Of a stretch of 22,985 nucleotides of DNA, positions 10,736 through 18,300 are shown in pieces. Positions within the stretch are counted from its first letter, which is position 1. Every line of letters begins with the position of its first letter. The translations under genes were made by a program, and so were the position numbers. The notes beneath the pieces were generated by a model. The model ran no database searches, was not told the origin of the DNA, and saw only the letters and a list, made by a program, of their open reading frames with translations. This DNA is from Amoeboradix gromovi X-113 (taxonomy: Eukaryota; Fungi; Sanchytriomycota): NCBI GenBank assembly GCA_018985225.1, contig JADGIF010000077.1, positions 1 to 22,985 on the forward strand, read 5' to 3'.

Positions 10736-11282
10736 GCCAAATTGTGTGAAGGAGATCATTCTTAGCCCAAATGACATCTGCCTAATGAAAATCGTTTGGC
10801 ACAAGCTCATTGAGACGGGACCTGAAGAGATGAAAGTGGATTTCAAAACTGAAAGAGGGGTTGGGTTTTCAAATGCCCTTGCATCCTTAAAAAGTATCCA
10901 AAACTGTGTGGCACAATTCTTACAGCTTTTGTTATTTATTCAATAAACCATTTTCTTAATTAAATCACAATTCCTTTATATAAAAAGTATTCTGATTGTT
11001 TAAACACTCAATATTCTTCCTTTACCCAAATGAAAAATAGAATCAAATTCTGTAATCCAGAATGTGTTAAATCTAAAGAAATGGTTTAAAGGTAATCCCA
11101 CCTCAAGGTAGCGAAAGCGAGAGCTATCAATGTAACGCAACGACTAAAACTGTTGCTTTCTAAATGGAAATTCTCGATTAACAAGGAAACCAGGACTTTC
11201 AAAGAAAATTTAAGAAATGAGAATGTGATTTATTACAGTAATGGCAGTTGCAGTCGCAGCAGAGATTTTCGCTGCTCTATAA

Positions 11283-11515
11283 TCCTCGTTAAAAGTCTTG
11301 ATTTCCGAGAAAATCGACAATTTCCACAGAGAAACAAGCAATGCTAGATGCTCCGTTACGGTGATTCCTCACGCTTTTCACTACCCTGAGGCGGGATTGA
11401 ATAAGGATGCAGATAATTGATGTATATGTTTCTTGCTGCCATATGGTCTCTATCCATGTCAGTTTCTCAATGTCGATGAGTGTTCAAGTATCTACAAGTT
11501 ATTTATTCAAATCTA
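11283..11515 (+). repeat. Dispersed decayed coding repeat, family 2, fragment 2
   Basis: 11283-11453 is a close inverted match to 21356-21525. About 11454-11515 (CAGTTTCTCAATGTCGATGAGTGT...AGTTATTTATTCAAAT) more distantly resembles about 4686-4740. Confidence 0.88.
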
Positions 11516-11616
11516 AGATTTCAGGATTGCGAGTTTAGAGCTACTTCTCATAAATGAATAGCAGGTATATCCTGCTTTTATCCCATTCGAAATATTTAGA
11601 AAATAAGAGTATTTAT

Positions 11617-12089
11617 GGGACACCAAATATAAAAACTAGACTAACTCGTTTTTAAAGGAGGTGCACCATAAGGAGGAAATCATTAATAAAAGATCTTCTT
11701 CTATTATACCAATTTTCTTTCATTGATTGTATTCCTCTTTTTAAAATAAAACTAGAAGACCCTGCATCTCGTTCAAATATATGAGGTCTTTGAGCATCTA
11801 AGTAAAAGGTGCATTTTCTTAGACGGTACTCTTTTCTACAGTCGTTTTGTAATGTTATACTAAAATCATTACTCTTGTCTATTTCTTTGAAGTGTAATAG
11901 TGATATTTTATTTCAAATAAAGATTGTGTAAGAGAATAGCTGTACAGAATATTTATTTTCCTTTTATACTCGTCAACTCCGCAACTAGCTGAATGTCCAC
12001 TCGCCTCTTAGATCCATAACATTAATAAAGCTGAAATAATGTGCCAAATCGTTACAGAAAGTTAGTCCAGTTTTTATATTTGATGTCTC
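11617..12089 (-). mobile_element. Fanzor-associated MITE copy C (473 bp)
   Basis: GGGACACCAAATATAAAAACTAGACTAACT at 11617-11646 and AGTTAGTCCAGTTTTTATATTTGATGTCTC ending at 12089. The minus strand reads FKEIDKSNDFSITLQNDCRKEYRLRKCTFYLDAQRPHIFERDAGSS. Confidence 0.93.
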
Positions 12090-12449
12090 AAATGTAGAAG
12101 ACATGTGCTCTCGATAATTGGTTTATTAAGTAGAATTCGTCGTCTGTATTTACCAACGTTTCTTTGAATTTTGACATATTCAGGGCGATGCTACGTGTAC
12201 AATTTGCAACTGATGATTAACGAAGTTATCGGGTTTCTTATGTGGTATGAGAAGTCTAGAAAGAGAGAAAATTTGAGCAATGTAGCTCATGTAATCACGA
12301 TATATTATTTGATTAATTAAATCGATGATTGCAATTAATCTTTGATTATTGGCTATTTTCTAAATAGCTGGTAACTGGAGCAAACTTAATATAATCGAAA
12401 TGGCATTGGCATTTAAGTGGCAAGTACCAATTTCTGTCTCAAAATTTAA

Positions 12450-13181
12450 ATGATTTCTCTGTTTTTGTCAACAGCATCATCTCAGTCTGCGAACTGGTTT
12501 ACTGACACATATCTAGCTCCTTACAATTATTTTAAATCTACGATTACAGTTCCTAAAATACCACCTAAAGAATGGAAAACATTGTTTCTGTGGCCAGGGT
12601 TACAGCCTGGTGGTGGGAAAAACTATTATCCAATTGACAATGGTGTACTACAGCCAGTTCTCACCTATGGTGAATCATGTGCACCAAATCCGCTTAACTC
12701 AAATAACCAAACATTAAAAAACTACGAGAACTCTTGGTGGATCTCTGCTCAATATGTTAACACTGTTGGTACTTTTCCAAATTATTCTGGGTGCTATGGT
12801 GGGGAGAGAATGAAGGTCAAAGCAGGTGACTCCCTTGATCTCATTTTTGAATTTAAAAAACCGATTTGGAGACAGAAAGTTTTGAATTTACGAAATTACC
12901 GCTCTGTTTCTTTTGATATTGACATGTTAGGCCAGGCTCAGGGATGGGCAGAATGGGTTGTTGAGCCCGCTGGTGGATGGCACAAGCATGCACCGCAATT
13001 TAACGTCACAAATATTGAACTACGAACAGCTACATCACATCCGAAAAACTTTTGTGTTTATTCACAAAGTATTTCTCCAGATTTCACTGGCGCAAATTTG
13101 AATTGTGCACAACCGAAATTCCCAAAACCGAATATTTGTCGAATCTCCAGCTGTGTTTTTAACTTGCCAAATAATAAATAA
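12450..13181 (+). CDS. Secreted beta-rich protein, possibly peptidase G1 (eqolisin)-like
   Basis: Short signal-like N-terminus. LFLWPGLQP...GVLQPVL and WAEWVVEP resemble the G1 Gln and Glu motifs (ILQxG, AEWIVE). The family call is tentative. Confidence 0.55.
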   Translation: MISLFLSTASSQSANWFTDTYLAPYNYFKSTITVPKIPPKEWKTLFLWPGLQPGGGKNYYPIDNGVLQPVLTYGESCAPNPLNSNNQTLKNYENSWWISAQYVNTVGTFPNYSGCYGGERMKVKAGDSLDLIFEFKKPIWRQKVLNLRNYRSVSFDIDMLGQAQGWAEWVVEPAGGWHKHAPQFNVTNIELRTATSHPKNFCVYSQSISPDFTGANLNCAQPKFPKPNICRISSCVFNLPNNK

Positions 13182-13645
13182 AGCTTGCTGGTCGTAAATT
13201 GTATTAAATAGCCTTTTATGTGGTACTTATGAAAGCAATCACTAGAGGAATTTTTATCAGACTCTTTCGATTTCCAATCTCGCCCACCAAATTACAACGG
13301 CAAAATTCATTTTTAATTAAGTAATTTGAGTTTGCTGCTTTTGACGATTTCATGTAGCATTTCAGTAAGAATAACATAGTTTTACTTACTCTTTTGTGGA
13401 ATGTTTGATATCTAATGAGAGATCTCTATTTACTTTTGTCAATCCTTTTCACTACCTCAATTCTACATCCATAATGCCTTCCTTTTATTGTTAAGCCTCT
13501 TTAAAAATCATATGCATATATAAATCAGAATTATGTTTGGAAACTGGTGAGAATGTATGGCGGACGAGCAGACTAGTTACTTGAAGTGATGCAGTTCAAC
13601 TAGATCATCGTTAGTTTAAGTGAAAAGAAAAATAAATTTATTAAG

Positions 13646-14893
13646 TTACGAATTTTCATGTAAGATTCCTTTATCCCATAACTCCTTTGGATAAAATGTA
13701 CATAATACGGTCTTATCGTAGTAAACTTTACCATTAATCTGATCAGCAGCTTCAAAAGCATCCGATTCATTTTCAAATTCAACAAAAACCTTTGGAACTC
13801 CAATCTTTTCTAAAACGCTAGCCGGATTGTCTGGATCAATCCATGTGTTAGGTCTAGGTATCTCAATTTTGACAATTTTCTTCAGCTCTAAACCTACATC
13901 TTTTTTAATTCTTTTTATTTGATCGTCACTGACTACATCACTATCGTCCAGCAAGTTATACAGACACAGAATGTTGGATTTTTCCACTGATAGCTTGTTG
14001 AAAAGCTTGCTGAAGTCAGGGTATCCCTGAGGTATTCCATTTGGCAACATCTTAGCTGGACAGTAAGTCGATTTACTACCAAACAAAGCACGTTGAACGC
14101 CTAATCTACTATTAGATATCTCCATACCATTGAGAGAATTAATTGCAATGTCAGTAAATGTTAAATCTTCATATTCGCAGTAACAATGACCTTTATGATG
14201 TCCATGAGGCCCTTTCTCTAATTCAAAGGCTTTTAAAGGTCCTACAGTATTCAAAAGTTCCTTGATCTGTTCTTCGTTAAAGTCCAGAGGAATGTTTGTG
14301 ACTACAAGTTTATTCTCACTCTCCTCAACGTGATCAGGCATCATCAAATCATCCTTTGTAGGAGCTACGTAGTTGGGTGGACGCGAAAGCAGGATATCCT
14401 GATTCTGAAATTGTATGTTAGTCAGACTAAGAGCATTTGTAGTGTCATTAATGGTGGCAAATTCTACGAACTCATTTGTAACTCGTAAAACTGGTTCAAT
14501 CTTATCATGCGCCAATTTTTCATTCAGAAATACACGCAAAAGCTGTTTATCCAGCTTGTTAGCATTGGATATTCGCAGTCTTTTGGCTTCTCTAAGGCTA
14601 AAATTGCTGGTGTTCAATAAATTAAGTATAAAACCGTATGCAAGATTAAGGCTGGGAAGAATAGTGTCACCATTTTGACGAGCAACGCCCACATGAAATG
14701 GCAAAGGGAAATGTTGAGTCTCTTTGATCGCCGCAGCATTGTCCCAAAATTGTTCATACCCTTCAGGTTTTAAATCCCAATAAAATATACGCCTTTTCCA
14801 ATTCTGGAGGTTGAGCAACTTACCTTGGTCGTCATGTCCATCATGCTGTTTTTTACTAGCTCGTAAAGTTGCTTCTAATTGATCAATGTGCAT
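13646..14893 (-). CDS. U2AF2: U2 snRNP auxiliary factor large subunit (U2AF65 homolog)
   Basis: ULM-like KRRIFYWDLKPEGYE, RRM1 remnant (FVEFAT...RPPNY), RRM2 (NKLVVTNIP...KGHCYCEYED...AINSLNGMEI...LGVQRA) and C-terminal UHM (ILCLYNL...IEIPRP...GVPKVFVEF). Confidence 0.9.
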   Translation of the reverse strand: MHIDQLEATLRASKKQHDGHDDQGKLLNLQNWKRRIFYWDLKPEGYEQFWDNAAAIKETQHFPLPFHVGVARQNGDTILPSLNLAYGFILNLLNTSNFSLREAKRLRISNANKLDKQLLRVFLNEKLAHDKIEPVLRVTNEFVEFATINDTTNALSLTNIQFQNQDILLSRPPNYVAPTKDDLMMPDHVEESENKLVVTNIPLDFNEEQIKELLNTVGPLKAFELEKGPHGHHKGHCYCEYEDLTFTDIAINSLNGMEISNSRLGVQRALFGSKSTYCPAKMLPNGIPQGYPDFSKLFNKLSVEKSNILCLYNLLDDSDVVSDDQIKRIKKDVGLELKKIVKIEIPRPNTWIDPDNPASVLEKIGVPKVFVEFENESDAFEAADQINGKVYYDKTVLCTFYPKELWDKGILHENS

Positions 14894-15089
14894 GGTTCAA
14901 GGAGAGGAATTGAAAATAAGTAATTTATTGTTCGCTGCTCTCCATATCTATCAAATACCTGTAGTGCAAATTACGAAGAGTGACTGATACAGCTATTGCG
15001 GAGGTTATTATGATAAATACTGTTTTTGTTTGACTTGACATTCGCAGGGTAAAATGTGTTTTAGGGAATTAATATCGTTGTAAACATCT

Positions 15090-15388
15090 GGGACATCAAA
15101 TATAAAGACTAGACTAACTTTCTGAAGTAGTTTGAGTCATTATTTTAGATGTGTACTAACCAGTACTAAATTAAATTAATCTTATTGGTTACATCTTTTG
15201 CTTAGATGCTCAAAGACCTCATATATTTGAACGAGATGCAGGGTCTTCTTGTTTTATTTAGAAGAGGGGATTGAAAGTAATGAAAGAAAATTGGTATATT
15301 AGAAGATCTTTTATTAATGATAGCATTTCCTCCGTATGGAGCACCTTCTTTAAAAACGGGTTAGTCTAGTTTTTATATTTGGTGTCCC
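15090..15388 (+). mobile_element. Fanzor-associated MITE copy D (299 bp, shortest complete copy)
   Basis: GGGACATCAAATATAAAGACTAGACTAACT at 15090, right TIR ending GGTGTCCC at 15388. Retains FCLDAQRPHIFERDAGSSCFI; lacks the TATA block. Confidence 0.92.
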
Positions 15389-15455
15389 AACTCTTGGCTA
15401 TTTCTCCTTATCAGCCCGTATTGAAATCGATTTTCTCGAATTTCTAGTGTGTCAC

Positions 15456-16475
15456 ATGGAGCACAAACTAATTCTACAGCAATTCAAAGCTCCGATTCGA
15501 CATGCTATAGGATATGGTTCTCGCATATTTCTTCAATCTGACAAGACTAATTCCAAAAAGCAGATAGATTTCATCATTGGTACCACACATGCTGCTCACT
15601 TTCATTCAGTAAACTTGGAGCAATATCCAAAGCATTACAGTTTTCTTCGGCTGTTTGGCAGCGAACCTGTAGCCGCTATTCAACAACAGGGTGCGGGTGT
15701 TTATTATAACACATATTGTAAACATGAAAATAACCATTTCAAGTATGGTGTAGTCACAATTGATCAACTATGCAGTGATCTGATCCAGTGGAACACGTTC
15801 TTTTTTTCTGGAAGATTCCAAAAGCCGGTTCTTACATACTACCAGGATGTCAGAGTGTCCATTGCTAACCAGGTCAACCTGATGAATGCTGTTAGACTAG
15901 CCATTTGTATGAATTATGGCAAATACAATAAATACATAGCTAATTCTCCTAGACCTGGGTGGGACTCATGGGTCGAAATACCATTTGTTGACATTTGTAG
16001 GGAAATTGCCTCTTTTTCATATTATGCTGATTTTAGAACAATTCTTGGGATAGATTCTGGCAAGGTAGATAGTATAGTTAACTATCAGTTGCATTACTTT
16101 AAAACTTTATACCATCCAATTATAAGAAATGGATTATATGACTCAGTAATGATTAAAGATGATTTACTACTATGTAGAGTAGACTCTAAAGTACTAGCTA
16201 AACATTTGACCGAGCTGCCTTCTCATTTTAAATACAAGCTAGCTAGAAGACATTTTAGAGACGAAGGAATAGTCCATCGCGTTCCAGAAAATAATTTATT
16301 AGATGAGACAAAAGTTGGGTTAGACATGCTGGAAGATCCAGCCAGGCTTCGGAAGTTATGCATTAGTTCCCTTAAAAGTATTGGAATTCAACCAAGTTTG
16401 ATTGAGGTTTCCAAGGGGTTACTAAGCGCAGGTGCTGTCAAAAGTTTTAAATATGTGATACAGAAACTAATTTAA
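15456..16475 (+). CDS. TAM41: Mitochondrial phosphatidate cytidylyltransferase Tam41
   Basis: AIGYGSRIFLQ, QIDFI, HFHSVNLEQYPKHYS, GAGVYYN, KYGVV, SGRFQKPV and SYYADFR motifs of the Tam41/Mmp37 family; first ATG at 15456. Confidence 0.93.
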   Translation: MEHKLILQQFKAPIRHAIGYGSRIFLQSDKTNSKKQIDFIIGTTHAAHFHSVNLEQYPKHYSFLRLFGSEPVAAIQQQGAGVYYNTYCKHENNHFKYGVVTIDQLCSDLIQWNTFFFSGRFQKPVLTYYQDVRVSIANQVNLMNAVRLAICMNYGKYNKYIANSPRPGWDSWVEIPFVDICREIASFSYYADFRTILGIDSGKVDSIVNYQLHYFKTLYHPIIRNGLYDSVMIKDDLLLCRVDSKVLAKHLTELPSHFKYKLARRHFRDEGIVHRVPENNLLDETKVGLDMLEDPARLRKLCISSLKSIGIQPSLIEVSKGLLSAGAVKSFKYVIQKLI

Positions 16476-16598
16476 TAATAAATTGTTCGTTTTGAATGAA
16501 TTAAATTTTGTTCGTATTTATGCTCTTATCATGTGATTGTTAGTAGTTTCTTAGTGACGTGTTACTTTTAATGTTTGAAACAAGTATACTGACTAGAA

Positions 16599-17087
16599 AT
16601 GATTCAGGAATATGTAGCTGCTACGAACGATATCCAGAAACTTAGCCAAGCTTTGAAGATAATAAACCATTGCCATCAAAGCATGAGCAATGATGATTTT
16701 GAGTACCTCTTATATTTGGTAGGAAGTTTGATAATTAAAAAGGTTACACGGCATGTGTTTCTAAGGAAAACGGATGAGAGATCAGAGGACATGATTAAAC
16801 TATGTGACTTAGTCTGTGATGCACCATTTGCAGTAAAGTTGTTACCTTATTTAGCAGAATACACTGTTGATAAACATGACCATTGTAAATACATTTCAAA
16901 AATGTTTATCACACTATTAAAGCTAAAACTTAAAGATGCGTCTCGGGTCATAGGTATGCTAAAAACATATCGGATGGAAAAAGCTCAAGTGGAGGCCATT
17001 TTTAGCTTGATTCGACATGATTCGGAATTATCAGAAGCTTTCAAGGCTTTCGTCTTACCGGATATGATCCACATCATAAGTCGATAA
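16599..17087 (+). CDS. Hypothetical alpha-helical protein
   Basis: 162-aa ORF followed by AATAAA at 17096-17101, like the other genes here. Confidence 0.6.
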   Translation: MIQEYVAATNDIQKLSQALKIINHCHQSMSNDDFEYLLYLVGSLIIKKVTRHVFLRKTDERSEDMIKLCDLVCDAPFAVKLLPYLAEYTVDKHDHCKYISKMFITLLKLKLKDASRVIGMLKTYRMEKAQVEAIFSLIRHDSELSEAFKAFVLPDMIHIISR

Positions 17088-17315
17088 CTAAGTTTAATAA
17101 ACAACTCATATCGTAATCACAGCTAGATAATAAACTAAAGTACTTTTTCCTTCAATTTATTTAACTTTTTTATGGTTTGCCTGCGTTAAATGCGAAGATT
17201 TGAAATAAATTGGAGACCTCATTCTCAAATATAACACAACTTAATTTTATACCTAACTTGCGCTAGTTCCATGAGTGAGAGCTACAAATTGTATTTAGTA
17301 AAAAAGAAACACACT

Positions 17316-18283
17316 CTGTAAAAACTAGACTGGCTTTTTATACATTTTATTTCAGATAAATTGTAGTTTCATAATACCTTTACCTAATAGGCTGTTTTTC
17401 ATTTCGTAACCTTGTAGAAGAACTAGTTTTCTTATAAATACAGTCTTTTCTGTAAAACTGTATGGCTAAAAGACGAGAACCTTTTTTCTATAGAAAACGC
17501 AAAAAATAATATCAGACAGTGAAAACACTAAAGAGGGTCCTTTAACTGTTAAAAAGAAGCTAACACGCTAAAAAACTAGGATTAGAGATACATTTCGTCG
17601 TCTTCATCACATAGAGCTTCAATCTCTTCTCTTTTGGAATTGGGTTTTAGAAACCAACAACTACCTAATGATTTTAAACCTTCTCAATACCATGTTACTA
17701 GATTGCAAGGCTTGTTTACTCAAGACTTTAATATTTTTAAAATTAGTAAACTGAGGAGCAGCTTATAGGTGAACTTGTTCAAGAGCAACCCATGCCTATA
17801 TTTAATACAGACCTAAACCAAATGATGGCAGAGTATGACTTGAAAGCTTGGCGTAAAAAAGTCTTCAAAAACAATCTGGTCCAGGTAAAAAGACCCTATT
17901 ACTTTGGGTTGATGGCAAGCTCAATACCAACTTTAAAAAGAACAATTGTAGTCCTTGCCATAGTATTGGAGACTTTTTTGCAAGAGCTTGTAAATCTAAA
18001 GTGGTCTTTGTTCTAGTCAATGAAGATTACATATCCAAGCATTGTAGTGTTTGCAAGTCTTTTATTGACAAATGATATGATACAAACGAAGCTGTTAATA
18101 AATGATAAAACAGAAAAAGTTCGTCTAAGAAAATGCACCTTTTGCTCAGGCGCTTTTAGACCTTGTTACTTTGAACGAGATACTGGGTCTTCTTGTTTTA
18201 ATTTAAAGAGGAGTAGATTTATTAAAATCAATCTTTTCTCTGTATGGGGTCTCCTTAAAAATAACTTGGTCTAGTTTTTACAG
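17316..18283 (+). mobile_element. Non-autonomous TIR element carrying a decayed Fanzor gene
   Basis: Perfect 15-bp inverted repeat CTGTAAAAACTAGAC (17316-17330) / GTCTAGTTTTTACAG (18269-18283), sharing the core TAAAAACTAGAC with the MITE TIR. About 18120-18280 is homologous to the MITE right halves. Confidence 0.85.
17462..18274 (+). pseudogene. Fanzor1 (eukaryotic TnpB homolog) pseudogene, frameshifted and internally deleted
   Basis: The frame starting at 17881 reads PGKKTLLLWVDGKLNTNFKKNNCSPCHSIGDFFARACKSKVVFVLVNEDYISKHCSVCK. After a frameshift it reads VRLRKCTFCSGAFRPCYFERDTGSS. This fits the TnpB/Fanzor pattern VxExxTSxxCxxC...CxxC...RD. TATAAATA at 17433 and ATG at 17462 (MAKRREPFFYRKRKK) lie upstream. 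RuvC-I is not seen. Confidence 0.85.
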
Positions 18284-18300
18284 TATATTCTATTTATTCT

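Noticed and set aside
11560-11576. Small hairpin AGCAGG-TATAT-CCTGCT followed by Ts
   Set aside because: It looks like a bacterial terminator, but it is a single 6-bp stem in eukaryotic DNA, about 40 nt beyond the end of copy C, with no counterpart at the other copies.
15154-15163. TACTAAC-CAG resembling a branch point plus 3' splice site
   Set aside because: It lies in junction filler unique to MITE copy D, with no convincing donor site or exon context.
17792-18016. 74-aa ORF as a standalone gene
   Set aside because: It overlaps the Fanzor relic, whose RuvC-II and zinc-finger motifs are in a different frame.
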